Below, piece by piece: positions 1-10,034 of a DNA stretch of 64,000 nucleotides. The first letter of the stretch is position 1. The number at the start of each line of letters is the position of its first letter. The notes under the pieces are model-generated. The model made no database searches, was not told the DNA's origin, and was given only the letters and a program-made list of their open reading frames with translations. Where the stretch lies: the IMG/VR virus record IMGVR_UViG_2885633469_000002, positions 32,001 to 96,000 of that record, one strand, 5' to 3'. The position numbers were made by a program, and so were the translations under genes. The stretch is from a virus (lineage: Duplodnaviria > Caudoviricetes).

Positions 1-120
1 ATCCTTATTATGATACTTGAAAACTGTCCCTGATTTTGTTAACGCACATCTTCTCATCCCTTTCCAAGGATAGCATTCATCGGGATTAAACGGTCTTTTA
101 TCTAATAATTTTATGCTCAT
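1..120 (-). CDS. Partial CDS running off the window (MSIKLLDKRPFNPDECYPWKGMRRCALTK...), probably tail-associated
   Basis: Manual translation; ATG at 120 with GAGGAG RBS; frame open to window edge. Confidence 0.6.
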   Translation of the reverse strand, partial: MSIKLLDKRPFNPDECYPWKGMRRCALTKSGTVFKYHNKD

Positions 121-155
121 TATCACCACACTCCTCTGTGAACTTAAAAACTATT

Positions 156-1232
156 TTAATATAAAATAGTTTTCATTAATACTTCAAATCTACCATTGTT
201 ATTTTCTTTAATTTTATCTATTATTTTATACTTACCACAATCATATTGAATAAACTTTTTATTATATTCTTCTGTAATATTTATGTTGCTTCCTAAATCA
301 TTTAAATTAACATCCAATGAAGTATAATAACCATCTTTTAATACTACAGGTATTCTTTTGCTATTTAGTTCGTTAGTGAGTATAGATAAGTCATTATAAC
401 CATAAGTATTAATTAAGTCATTTAATTCTTCATTATTATTTATATTTCCTAAATTTAAATAATTGTTGTTAATTGAATAGTAATTATTCTTCTGTTTTAT
501 TAGAAATTTGTCTAATACGTTTAGTTCTAAAACTGGTCTCCAACCAAAATTATCATTAGCAGAATCATATCTCTTATCAAAGGTTACGTAACTACAAAAT
601 TTAGCCGAATAACGTCCTCTAAAAAAACATATTTGATTATCTCCATCACGCTTATCTACATTATACCAAGAACCATTTCCCCACCAATTCCATAGGTGGT
701 TATGTTCGCTATCAAAAGATTTATATGTGTTATCTATCCTTTTTAAATCATAGTCTTGTGGCTTAGGTAAACCTAATATATTATCTTCATTTGCTATAAA
801 TCTATCCCACTCATTATTTGTTGGAAATCCTCCAGCGTATGCATCATCATTTCTTCTATCACTTCCACCATTAATTAATCTACACAAGTATTTATTTCCA
901 TCTATTACAATCTCTTTTCCATTTACATATCCTGCGTTATTTAAATCATTCCATGAAAGCCTATTTAAAATATTTCTATCACAAATATATATAATTTTAT
1001 TTCCATCTTTAATTTTTATCCATTTCAATTTATTTTCTTCTTTTTCAGAAGTATCTCCTATAACCCATTTATTCATATCTTTCATATCTGTAAATATAGG
1101 AGTGTTTCCCGTTCCTTTTTTAGGAAGCTTGTAAGGATGACCTCCAGAACGCCAAGGTTTAGTAGGTAAAGGTAACTCTTCACCATTTTTATAAAAAGTT
1201 CCTAGTTTCACAACTCCTAAAAATTTAACCAT
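156..1232 (-). CDS. Putative tail-associated adhesin/accessory protein; shares the KFLIKQKxxYYSI junction motif with 2472-3185
   Basis: 358 aa ORF; FGWRPVLE motif; 41-nt near-identical segment shared with 2472-3185; at distal end of tail operon. Confidence 0.5.
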   Translation of the reverse strand: MVKFLGVVKLGTFYKNGEELPLPTKPWRSGGHPYKLPKKGTGNTPIFTDMKDMNKWVIGDTSEKEENKLKWIKIKDGNKIIYICDRNILNRLSWNDLNNAGYVNGKEIVIDGNKYLCRLINGGSDRRNDDAYAGGFPTNNEWDRFIANEDNILGLPKPQDYDLKRIDNTYKSFDSEHNHLWNWWGNGSWYNVDKRDGDNQICFFRGRYSAKFCSYVTFDKRYDSANDNFGWRPVLELNVLDKFLIKQKNNYYSINNNYLNLGNINNNEELNDLINTYGYNDLSILTNELNSKRIPVVLKDGYYTSLDVNLNDLGSNINITEEYNKKFIQYDCGKYKIIDKIKENNNGRFEVLMKTILY

Positions 1233-1243
1233 AACATCACCCT

Positions 1244-2470
1244 CTATACTTTCTTAAATAATATATTACAAGTAGCACTATTCTTTTTTAACTTATCTAT
1301 TGGTCTAAAACGTTCACAATTATAAATCATTTCGCATTCTTTTTTTTCTAAATTATCTGTATATACAAGTAGCTTAATTCCTTCTAAACTTTGAAATTTA
1401 CTCAATAATAAATCTCTAGTTACTAAATCAATATCTGTAAACCCATTATTTATAAAGTTATTTTCATCTAATATTTGCGATGGAGATTGTAATAAATTAT
1501 TTTCATTTAGTGTATATAAAATATTGGTTTTATCTTGAATTAAATATTTTTCTATTTTTTCAAACCATAACCTAGGATATTCACCATCTTGTAATTTCCA
1601 AACAGAAGTACCATCTTCAAGTTTTTCTTTATCCCAATCAGCGTCTATGAAGGTTTGTTTTATTTTTAATTCTTTTTCTGTTATACCCTTCCCCTTATCT
1701 GAATTTTGATTAGATAAATCCTTATTCCAAAAGCAATTAACTATTGACTTATTTCCATTAATATTACTTGTTAATATTCCTACTGTATTAGTTCCATTAC
1801 AAAAGCAATTTTTTATCACACCTCCTCTACCATCTGCTAAACCAATTAATCCGCCTATTGGTTTAGAAGTGATTAAATCGCAGATGGCAAAACAATTTAT
1901 AATATTACAATCGAAACCTATAGAACCTATTAAAGTAGACACCTGTTTTTCTTGACTAAATTGTATAGTTCCCTTCTTTAAATAGCAATTCTTTATATTA
2001 CAGGAATAACCCACGCCACCACATATTCCTCCTGCGCTTAATTTACTAAATCTGGCATTTATTTTTGATACAGAACAATTTAGTATATTTGTATAACATG
2101 TGGATTCGCCCACAATTGTGCCACTGAGATTGGATGCACAAATATCAACATTTACTATGTTTAAATTTAAAATTGTTGAATTACTAGTCCTTCCAAATAA
2201 GCCTTGAAATGTATTTGGTGGTCTATTTATATATAAATTTTTAATAATTTTGTTATTCCCATTAATATTTCCATTAAAAGGATTTTCATAGCCACCAATA
2301 GGATTCCATCCTTCGCCTTCATTAAAAGGTTTTATATCTAAATCAATATCATCAATTAATTTATAACATTTATCTAATCCATTTCTAATTGCATCTAAAT
2401 CAAAAACATCTTCTATTAAATATGGATTATTTGCACTTCCATCTCCGCCTGCAAAATTTCCGTTTGCCAT
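1244..2470 (-). CDS. GLUG-motif/beta-helix adhesin-like protein
   Basis: N-terminal FAGGDGSANNPYLI, GWNPIG, GLFG and GGLIG motifs typical of GLUG-repeat proteins. Confidence 0.65.
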   Translation of the reverse strand: MANGNFAGGDGSANNPYLIEDVFDLDAIRNGLDKCYKLIDDIDLDIKPFNEGEGWNPIGGYENPFNGNINGNNKIIKNLYINRPPNTFQGLFGRTSNSTILNLNIVNVDICASNLSGTIVGESTCYTNILNCSVSKINARFSKLSAGGICGGVGYSCNIKNCYLKKGTIQFSQEKQVSTLIGSIGFDCNIINCFAICDLITSKPIGGLIGLADGRGGVIKNCFCNGTNTVGILTSNINGNKSIVNCFWNKDLSNQNSDKGKGITEKELKIKQTFIDADWDKEKLEDGTSVWKLQDGEYPRLWFEKIEKYLIQDKTNILYTLNENNLLQSPSQILDENNFINNGFTDIDLVTRDLLLSKFQSLEGIKLLVYTDNLEKKECEMIYNCERFRPIDKLKKNSATCNILFKKV

Positions 2471-2471
2471 A

Positions 2472-3185
2472 TTATCTCACCTCACTCATACTCATAAAAT
2501 CATTATTTAAATTAAATTCAAAGTATTTACCTTCTCCCAGTTCTCCTTTTTTAATACCTTTAACACTTCTAGTGTTAATAGTCTCAAATATTGTATTTAT
2601 ATTATTCACGCCATAATTTTTAAAATCATTTTGAGTAAGTATATCTTTATCTCTTAACTCTTTAATAGGAACGTAATTGCCATTTTTATAAAATTCTGAT
2701 TTAATTGAATAGTAATCACTCTTCTGTTTTATTAGAAATTTATTTAAATCAGGATTATATGGTTTTAATTCTCCATCTTCATTTATATCTATAGCATCAA
2801 TATAAAAACTTTCTGAACCCAATCTACAAAGTTGAATAAAATGTTCTCTGAATGGTAAATTATTTAATTCATAGTTTAAAACTTGGTATATTGTACTATT
2901 GTTATATTGACCAAAATTGCCTATATGTTTGCCATCTAAAATAACTTCTATATTTCCTGCTCCACATAACCTAGATAACACACCAATAATTCTTATTTTA
3001 TCGCCAATAAAATTAAATCTAACAATGCTATTAATATCTTTATCTTCTTCATGATGATAACCACCTTTATACGCAGAGGATTCTTTTGGTTTTTTCATAT
3101 TTATATATTCTATATTACTATTAGTATCATCATATCGCATCCAACCTAATTCTGGTTGTAATAATTGTTCGCCTAATTTTGCCAT
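2472..3185 (-). CDS. Putative adhesin/carbohydrate-binding-like accessory protein
   Basis: 237 aa; QPELGWMRYDD N-terminus, beta-rich; shares junction motif with 156-1232. Confidence 0.5.
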   Translation of the reverse strand: MAKLGEQLLQPELGWMRYDDTNSNIEYINMKKPKESSAYKGGYHHEEDKDINSIVRFNFIGDKIRIIGVLSRLCGAGNIEVILDGKHIGNFGQYNNSTIYQVLNYELNNLPFREHFIQLCRLGSESFYIDAIDINEDGELKPYNPDLNKFLIKQKSDYYSIKSEFYKNGNYVPIKELRDKDILTQNDFKNYGVNNINTIFETINTRSVKGIKKGELGEGKYFEFNLNNDFMSMSEVR

Positions 3186-3247
3186 ATTATCTCACCTCAT
3201 TCATACCTTTAAAAATTACCACCTCTTGTTAAGTTAACAAATAGAAT

Positions 3248-3277
3248 TAGTAGTCATAATATTAAATATGACTACTA
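3248..3277. terminator. Inverted repeat, probable terminator
   Basis: tagtagtcata/tatgactacta perfect 11-bp stem at the end of 3275-3487. Confidence 0.5.
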
Positions 3278-3487
3278 TAATAATTTTTTATATCTTTTAA
3301 AATTTTCACCTTTTCTATTAGACTTTACTATTTCTTTCCTAAGACAAAATTCACACACCCTATCATATACAAAAATCATTTTATCTTTTTTAACCATCAT
3401 TTTGTTGACTGGATTACAACACCACTTGTGATTACAACCCAAATCACCCTCTACTTCTATATTAATTATTTTTATAATTTTATCCAT
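3275..3487 (-). CDS. Small Cys/His protein, possible zinc binder
   Basis: 70 aa; CNHKWCC and CEFC motifs; GAGGTG RBS. Confidence 0.55.
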   Translation of the reverse strand: MDKIIKIINIEVEGDLGCNHKWCCNPVNKMMVKKDKMIFVYDRVCEFCLRKEIVKSNRKGENFKRYKKLL

Positions 3488-3501
3488 TTTTTCACCTCTT
3501 A

Positions 3502-5265
3502 TTACATTATAAAAGCATAGATATAGCCAGTTTCTATATTTGAATTTTCACCAATTATAATTAAACCATTCAAATCATCTATGTCCATAGCTTGTACTTT
3601 CATGCATCCATCTAAATCATTTTTAATATTAGTCTTAATATTCCCATACAGTTCACTTAAAGCATTTACGTTTATTTTACATTTTAAATCATTTACAGCA
3701 TTAACGTTTACTAAACCATTGAATCCAACAGGATTAACTCTTATACTTCCTTGAAGGTCATATCTTAATATTGTATTTATCAAACTTTCCATTTCTGATA
3801 TATCTTTATAAGTTGGTCGTATATATCCTTCTAAATCATTTACATACATTACTTTTAATTGTCCATTTAAGTCTTGTTTATATTTAACTTCTAATCTTCC
3901 TAATATATCATTTTTGTCACTAACTTGGATAAAACTCTGTAAATCTTTTCTTTTCATAGGAACAACATTTATATCACCTAATATATTAGATTTATATTTA
4001 ACTTTCAATCTTCCTGACATATCATTTTTGTCACTAACTTGGATTTTAGAATTTATATTTTGTTCCATTAAAGGTCTTATTTTATTTATACTGCCATATA
4101 GTTGTGATTTATATTTTACATCTATCAATCCATCTATATTAGAATTAGGCATAGTTTGTATATAGCCATACAAGTCTTTACAAGCACTAGAGCAAATAGT
4201 TCCATGTAATTTTTCTTTACTAGAGAATATTTCACCTTTAACATCACTTCTCAATCTTTGTGTTTTTATAACTCCATTCATATTTTTGAACTGTGCTACA
4301 TTTACTTTACTTTCTAACATATTCATATTATGAACATGAATGTTACCATCTATCAAACTTTCTCCCGAATGTCTAAATACTGATATGCCACCATATAAAT
4401 CGGCATTTCCTGTTCTTTGCACTTTTACGCTACCACCTATTATTGAGCCTGTAGTTAAAAATAAATCTTTATCAAAATATTCAATTTCTAATTTAGGAGG
4501 ATTTTCACTTTCCATAGTCCCAAAGTTTTTAACTTGTTTAATTGTTTCATCTTTAGATTTTAATATTAATCCCTGATTCTCATATGGATATAATACCCAT
4601 ATATCTTTTACTAATTCAGTGATATCTATAATATGCTCATATTTACCTTCTGGTAAATCAGATATTTTTACAACTCTTTTTCTTGAGGGTTGTCCATACC
4701 AAACTACATTGTATTCCCCCCAAGCCTTACTGGGTACTGATATTTCCAAATCTTTAAAACTATTAATATCGTCTGAATAAAGTTTTAATTTGGTTTTTGT
4801 TATATACATTGTCTGTAAGTCTTTAGGGATTTTAAATTCTAACAAACCTCTATAAACATAATTGTTTTTATCTGTACCAACTTTCATGATACTGCTTTTT
4901 CCATAATTCAAGCTAGGTTTTAACTCTGTAACATATGTATCCTTTATAGTTTTTAACTCCACAGTGTTTCTTTCTGGTAATACCGAACTCAACTCGGCTT
5001 CCATTTTATTTTTAGGTTGTTTATATATTTCTATATTCCCTTTGAAGATATCGCTTTGTTCACTCGTATTAATCACACCATTTATTTCAGTGTCTTCGTG
5101 CCAAGTTACATTAAAATCTGACTCCATTGTACTTGAAAAGGTTTTTTTTGTTTCTATAACCCCCGTAAGGCTATCTTCTTGATTAGTAACCTCTAAATTT
5201 CCATCTATTCCATCATTCCTATACCAAGTCATTTCAAACTCAGCTTCCATCGTACTTATATCCAT
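3502..5265 (-). CDS. DNRLRE/CBM96-like domain tail protein with repetitive beta-strand C-terminus
   Basis: DTYV..PSLNYG, RGLLEF, NQGLIL, PKLEIEY motifs; about 13-aa DLxGxIxV repeats; 26-nt exact repeat at 3905-3930 and 4019-4044. Confidence 0.6.
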   Translation of the reverse strand: MDISTMEAEFEMTWYRNDGIDGNLEVTNQEDSLTGVIETKKTFSSTMESDFNVTWHEDTEINGVINTSEQSDIFKGNIEIYKQPKNKMEAELSSVLPERNTVELKTIKDTYVTELKPSLNYGKSSIMKVGTDKNNYVYRGLLEFKIPKDLQTMYITKTKLKLYSDDINSFKDLEISVPSKAWGEYNVVWYGQPSRKRVVKISDLPEGKYEHIIDITELVKDIWVLYPYENQGLILKSKDETIKQVKNFGTMESENPPKLEIEYFDKDLFLTTGSIIGGSVKVQRTGNADLYGGISVFRHSGESLIDGNIHVHNMNMLESKVNVAQFKNMNGVIKTQRLRSDVKGEIFSSKEKLHGTICSSACKDLYGYIQTMPNSNIDGLIDVKYKSQLYGSINKIRPLMEQNINSKIQVSDKNDMSGRLKVKYKSNILGDINVVPMKRKDLQSFIQVSDKNDILGRLEVKYKQDLNGQLKVMYVNDLEGYIRPTYKDISEMESLINTILRYDLQGSIRVNPVGFNGLVNVNAVNDLKCKINVNALSELYGNIKTNIKNDLDGCMKVQAMDIDDLNGLIIIGENSNIETGYIYAFIM

Positions 5266-5278
5266 TAAAGCAACCTCC

Positions 5279-6418
5279 TTATGTTACGGGATGTGCTTCT
5301 GCTTTTATTTCAAATTTAGCTCTTCTATACTCAAATTCTACATCTGGGTATATCCTTAAGAATAATTCTACCTTATCTTTATTCTTTATTATATTATTAT
5401 TTGTTAATTCTTCATCACTTTCTATCAATGTATAACTTTCAAAACCATAAAATACTGTTAGTTTTTCTGGTTTCTTTTCTGGTGTTATGCTTATTTTTAA
5501 ATTTTTTATATCTACTCCTGTATTATTTTCAATCATAACCTTTTTTATATCACTTAAATGTCCAGCAACAATTTGTCCAAAATTTAATCTTTTTAGAATT
5601 TCTCCTATATCTGTTGAATAGTAATCTCCTTTTTCATCAGTGAATAACAACCCTATATGTTCTCCTATAAATTCATATATAAACGTGTTTTTTTCGCCCC
5701 AATTATCGATTGCGTTAATCTCAATTTTATTTCTTTCTCTAATTATTATATCTTTTGATTTCAATTTGATAATATTATTTAAAGGAGGCTCATAACCTGT
5801 GTATTCAGAATCTTTTGGGAATATTTTATTGTTGTTTAAAAATACATTATATTTAACTAAGTCATTTGCTTCATCTCCTATTTGTACAAATAATTTATCT
5901 CCGTTTACTTTTCCAATTATAGTAGGAGCTTGATTATATAATATTACTTCTTTTGAAAAACTTTGTATTTGATGGTTTTCAAAAGATACAGTGATTATAA
6001 TATTATATGAGTTAGTAGAAGTAGTAATTAGATTAATTGGTACTAAGACTTTTTCTGTTAATTTTTGTTCAATACTTATATACTTTGATTGACACTCTTT
6101 TATTGTTTTAATAACCTCTCCTTTTATATTTAATAACTCTACTTTGTATTTTAACTTTGCTTTAGGAATACCTGTAATACTTAAATAGCCATCTTGTTCA
6201 TTTTGAATTTTATCTACTCTTATCCAATCTTTCTTAAATAATGAAGTTTTATAGACTTCATTATTTTGCAAATCCTCATAGAAATCTAATTTATATTTTT
6301 TAGTTGTCAAATCATCTTCTGATTCCACTGGTGGCTCTAGTTCAAATGTAAAATCAAAATCTATTCCTTTATAGACTAGCAAACTTCCCTTTCCTACATT
6401 TATATTTACATTTGCCAA
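5279..6418 (-). CDS. Hypothetical tail/baseplate-associated protein
   Basis: 379 aa; TTG start with GGAGGT RBS; operon context. Confidence 0.55.
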   Translation of the reverse strand: MANVNINVGKGSLLVYKGIDFDFTFELEPPVESEDDLTTKKYKLDFYEDLQNNEVYKTSLFKKDWIRVDKIQNEQDGYLSITGIPKAKLKYKVELLNIKGEVIKTIKECQSKYISIEQKLTEKVLVPINLITTSTNSYNIIITVSFENHQIQSFSKEVILYNQAPTIIGKVNGDKLFVQIGDEANDLVKYNVFLNNNKIFPKDSEYTGYEPPLNNIIKLKSKDIIIRERNKIEINAIDNWGEKNTFIYEFIGEHIGLLFTDEKGDYYSTDIGEILKRLNFGQIVAGHLSDIKKVMIENNTGVDIKNLKISITPEKKPEKLTVFYGFESYTLIESDEELTNNNIIKNKDKVELFLRIYPDVEFEYRRAKFEIKAEAHPVT

Positions 6419-6432
6419 TTGTCTCCACCTCC

Positions 6433-7044
6433 TTATATTCTAATAAACCATGTTAATTCTCCGCCAATATTTTTCTCTAGTGGTGCATGGATATTGTATG
6501 TTTTTAGATTATTTACTTTTATAACTATTTCGCCATCCAAGTCTACGTTTGAAACTAACCATATTTTAAAATTAGTAGGTTGTCCCATAGGTATATTTAT
6601 AATTGGTTTAAAATAAAAAAAAGTTCCATCTTCAAATGAAACTTTAGCTTTATATCCATAATTATATCCACAAAAATTAGTATTACTCATTCCACCATAT
6701 CTAATTTGAGAATAAGCATTTTTAAAATAAATAATATCATTATAATAAGTATCATTACTCATTAAATTATATTCTTTTTCTTTTGTTTTATAAAATACTT
6801 CTATTTTATTTTTATCAAACGTAAAAACACCTGTTAATGCATTAAAATATGTTCTTAATCCGTTGCCTACCAATCCAAATCTAATTAATTTATTCTTATC
6901 TATTTCTTTTACTGAATTATATATCTTTTTTTCAGGATTAAATTCAAAAAGGAAAGTATTATTTAAATACTCTCCTACAAACATATAGTCCATTTCTCTA
7001 CTAAAGGAATAAGGATGGACTTTTTCATATTTGTTTAACATCAT
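6433..7044 (-). CDS. Hypothetical phage protein in tail region
   Basis: 203 aa; GAGGTG RBS; operon context. Confidence 0.55.
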   Translation of the reverse strand: MMLNKYEKVHPYSFSREMDYMFVGEYLNNTFLFEFNPEKKIYNSVKEIDKNKLIRFGLVGNGLRTYFNALTGVFTFDKNKIEVFYKTKEKEYNLMSNDTYYNDIIYFKNAYSQIRYGGMSNTNFCGYNYGYKAKVSFEDGTFFYFKPIINIPMGQPTNFKIWLVSNVDLDGEIVIKVNNLKTYNIHAPLEKNIGGELTWFIRI

Positions 7045-7076
7045 TATTTACCACCTCATTGCATTGAGTTTTTGCT

Positions 7077-7673
7077 TTATACGTTGTAATATACTCTAAC
7101 TATAAATTTGTTTTTTTCTGCATCAGCAGAAGGCGGAACTTTTACTTGTGCTTTTATTTTTGCAAAATTATTTTTAGAACTTTCTGTTTTGAATTTACCA
7201 TCATTCATTTGCCCACTTATTGTTCCAGTTGACACTCCCGTACCATCTGTACTCCCCATAGCTGTAATCTGAATATCTTTCTGTGTTAATACACCATTTT
7301 TAAAAGTAGAACCTATTGGTATATATATTTCAGAATCTGATGAGTCGCTTGATAAGACATTATTAATCCTTACCCATTGCTCTATAACCAAAGGTGACTT
7401 CATTTCTCCTGCCATATAGTCTTCAAAACTTCCGTCTTTAGTTGTAACTCTACAATTAACCATATCTGGAACATTGTTATATTCAGATGTGCTAGATGGT
7501 TTTTTATTATTCCATATATAAAATGTATGCGTTGTTAAATCTGGGTTATTATCCGCATCTACTACTCCTAAATCCCATAAGTTATTTGGTACAGGTCTTT
7601 GTTTCAACTGCCCATCATTAGCATCTATATAATCTTCCCACCATGTTATTATCGGTTTTAATGCTGTTGACAT
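7077..7673 (-). CDS. Hypothetical structural protein in tail region
   Basis: 198 aa; AGGAGT RBS; beta-rich. Confidence 0.55.
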   Translation of the reverse strand: MSTALKPIITWWEDYIDANDGQLKQRPVPNNLWDLGVVDADNNPDLTTHTFYIWNNKKPSSTSEYNNVPDMVNCRVTTKDGSFEDYMAGEMKSPLVIEQWVRINNVLSSDSSDSEIYIPIGSTFKNGVLTQKDIQITAMGSTDGTGVSTGTISGQMNDGKFKTESSKNNFAKIKAQVKVPPSADAEKNKFIVRVYYNV

Positions 7674-7748
7674 AATACTATCACTCCTTTTATTATCTTC
7701 ATTATCAAGTATCTTTTCCCTGATAATGTATTTGTTGTTATACTTTAA

Positions 7749-9212
7749 TTAAATTAATATATTTACATTTATAGTTATATTTTCTATACCAAAGCCGACA
7801 TGTTTAACATTTAATCTAAATACGTCATTAGCTTGGACTTTAAGATGTACTATATTTCCTACATTAGCTTGATACTCACCATAATCAAATATGATTTCTT
7901 TATTTTCTTCACACACACCTGTCCAAGTATCTATACCATGTTGAAAATCCAATTCAGATATTTTTTCTAATTGTATAGATGTGTGTTCTGTGCCAGTGGT
8001 TTGGCAAATTCCTTCAATAGTATTTATTACCCCTTCGTTAGGAAATGTAATTAATACATTTTGAACACCTTGTTTTAGTTTATCTGTTGATAATACAAAT
8101 ACCATTGTCTTTGTATGAACATAATCGGGTAATGCGTTTTTAGCATCCTCTCCTACATAGTTCTTCTGTGCTTTATCTTCTATTTGATTTAATTTTACAT
8201 AATCATCTTTTCTCATGAGTCCATCCATATCTTTTTTTACTAATGGTATTCCACCTTTCATGTTACCTATGTATTTCCATGATACATTATCCCATCTATA
8301 TAAGTTTCCATTGTCCATAGTCATCACTAACCATCCAATATCTGGATTAGGATGTTTAATATCAATCTCCGCAAAGGAATTTACAGGCTCTTTCCATATC
8401 AGTCTAGTATTGAGTCTATCTATCTTAATATTTTCAGTTTCCTCTTTCGCCCTATCTGTTGCATCAATACATTCTTTTGTTTTTTCTATAGACAATTGAG
8501 TTGCTTGATTTGCTTTATCTGTGACGTTAATTGCGTTTTTAGTTGTTATTTCGGTTTTTTCTTTTGCTATAAGTGTTTCATTCTTTACTTTAATAGTTTC
8601 ATCAGTAATCTTCTTACATTCATTAGTTTGCTTCCTCGACAATTCAATATGAACATCAACTTCTCTAATTTTTGACTCTGCTTTTTCAATAAAAGTATTT
8701 ACATAAGCAACAAATTCATCAGTCTTCTGTTGAACAAAAATAGTAAATTCATTTGTCTTTTGTTCAATAAATGTTATTGCTTTTGCCACAGATTCTTTTA
8801 ATTCTTGCTCTTTTTGATAAATAAAATCTATTAATTCTTGTAAATTGTCAACTGCCCATGGGTTAGGACTATGTACATAAATTCTTCCAGCTGGATATTG
8901 AATAATGCCCTTCCCTTTATATTCAATAGTAACCGTCTTCCCATTTTGATTAGGACTAAAAGTTATTTCCCCGTTTGAATAATCCACATAAAACTCATTT
9001 TCAGCCAATACTTTTCTACAATCATATTTCTCTCTGGGAACTTCCACATATTCTTTAATCCTAACCTTATAAGTTATGTCAGGAACTTCATCTAAGCCTG
9101 TCCTTCCATTAATTATTGTATACTGACCTGTTTTTAAAACATAAGGATCATCATCTGTCCCTTTTCTCAATTTAAATCTTACAGCGTCAAAATAATATTT
9201 TAAATTTTTCAT
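7749..9212 (-). CDS. Baseplate/tail fibre-like protein with central coiled coil
   Basis: 487 aa; FYVDYSNG N-domain, long heptad region, LYRWD and DGLMRKDDYVKL motifs seen in phage tail fibres. Confidence 0.6.
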   Translation of the reverse strand: MKNLKYYFDAVRFKLRKGTDDDPYVLKTGQYTIINGRTGLDEVPDITYKVRIKEYVEVPREKYDCRKVLAENEFYVDYSNGEITFSPNQNGKTVTIEYKGKGIIQYPAGRIYVHSPNPWAVDNLQELIDFIYQKEQELKESVAKAITFIEQKTNEFTIFVQQKTDEFVAYVNTFIEKAESKIREVDVHIELSRKQTNECKKITDETIKVKNETLIAKEKTEITTKNAINVTDKANQATQLSIEKTKECIDATDRAKEETENIKIDRLNTRLIWKEPVNSFAEIDIKHPNPDIGWLVMTMDNGNLYRWDNVSWKYIGNMKGGIPLVKKDMDGLMRKDDYVKLNQIEDKAQKNYVGEDAKNALPDYVHTKTMVFVLSTDKLKQGVQNVLITFPNEGVINTIEGICQTTGTEHTSIQLEKISELDFQHGIDTWTGVCEENKEIIFDYGEYQANVGNIVHLKVQANDVFRLNVKHVGFGIENITINVNILI

Positions 9213-9241
9213 CTTGTCACCTCCTTTTAATGGAGTATATT

Positions 9242-9379
9242 TTATTCATCTTGAATAGTTTTTAAAGAGTTGACTACATCTACAAACAGTGGAACTTCCT
9301 TCCCCTCTAAAGGAACTCTATTTAAAAACATTTGTAAGTATTGTAAAACTTCTTCGCTTATCTCAATTTTATAATTCAT
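9242..9379 (-). CDS. 45-aa small protein at the end of the radical SAM cluster (absent from ORF track)
   Basis: Manual translation MNYKIEISEEVLQYLQMFLNRVPLEGKEVPLFVDVVNSLKTIQDE; AAGGAG RBS. Confidence 0.6.
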   Translation of the reverse strand: MNYKIEISEEVLQYLQMFLNRVPLEGKEVPLFVDVVNSLKTIQDE

Positions 9380-9396
9380 TTAACTCAGCTCCTTCT

Positions 9397-9582
9397 TTAT
9401 TTAAACCAATTTTTGATAATAAATTCTTTATTAAAGAATTGTACTTGAACATTACAATTACATATTAAATTACATTCACAATTTGAGTTGCAATTACAAC
9501 CACAATAATTTAACAAATACCTTTCTTTAATTTCTTTTATTCTTTCTTGCAAATCGTTGTTTAGCTCTAATATCCCTTCCAT
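9397..9582 (-). CDS. 61-aa Cys-rich peptide, candidate radical SAM substrate
   Basis: ATG at 9582 with GAGGTG RBS; helical N-part, then YCGCNCNSNCECNLICNCN (7 Cys). Confidence 0.7.
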   Translation of the reverse strand: MEGILELNNDLQERIKEIKERYLLNYCGCNCNSNCECNLICNCNVQVQFFNKEFIIKNWFK

Positions 9583-9595
9583 GCTCTCACCTCTT

Positions 9596-10024
9596 TTAGT
9601 TTGAAGACGGATGATAATTACAATTGCAACTACAATAATTACAATTACAGCGACATACATCACAATTACAAAAACAATTTGTGTTACAACCACAATCTTC
9701 TATTTTTACTGCTACACATCTACATACTCTCGCAGGTTTTACATAATCTAATAACTCTCCTAAAGAAACTGTTGATTTAGAGTAATATGATGTAAGAGTA
9801 TTACTTGCACAGGTAGTTTTTCTATAACCGTTATGTAGTTCATTTCCATGGCAATTGCAACCATATACTTTTGAAATCCCTTTTCTTGTGTCAACCAATT
9901 CATTTAGTAAATTTCTTAAATCATTTAAATCTCTGCTTAAATGAGGTTTAGGCTTACTTAAGCTACCTTTTTCTTCTTCTATATATTTTCTAACCCCACC
10001 TAAACTAACATCATTTGTAGGCAT
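9596..10024 (-). CDS. 142-aa Cys-rich protein with C-terminal CxC/CxCxC repeats, candidate radical SAM substrate
   Basis: AGGTGG RBS; 16 Cys; ends CRCVAVKIEDCGCNTNCFCNCDVCRCNCNYCSCNCNYHPSSN. Confidence 0.75.
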   Translation of the reverse strand: MPTNDVSLGGVRKYIEEEKGSLSKPKPHLSRDLNDLRNLLNELVDTRKGISKVYGCNCHGNELHNGYRKTTCASNTLTSYYSKSTVSLGELLDYVKPARVCRCVAVKIEDCGCNTNCFCNCDVCRCNCNYCSCNCNYHPSSN

Positions 10025-10034
10025 AATTGACCAC

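Noticed and set aside
9397-9693. 98-aa ORF with hydrophobic N-terminus as listed in the ORF track
   Set aside because: The hydrophobic part is an alternate-frame reading of the Cys-repeat codons of 9596-10024; the RBS supports a start at 9582.
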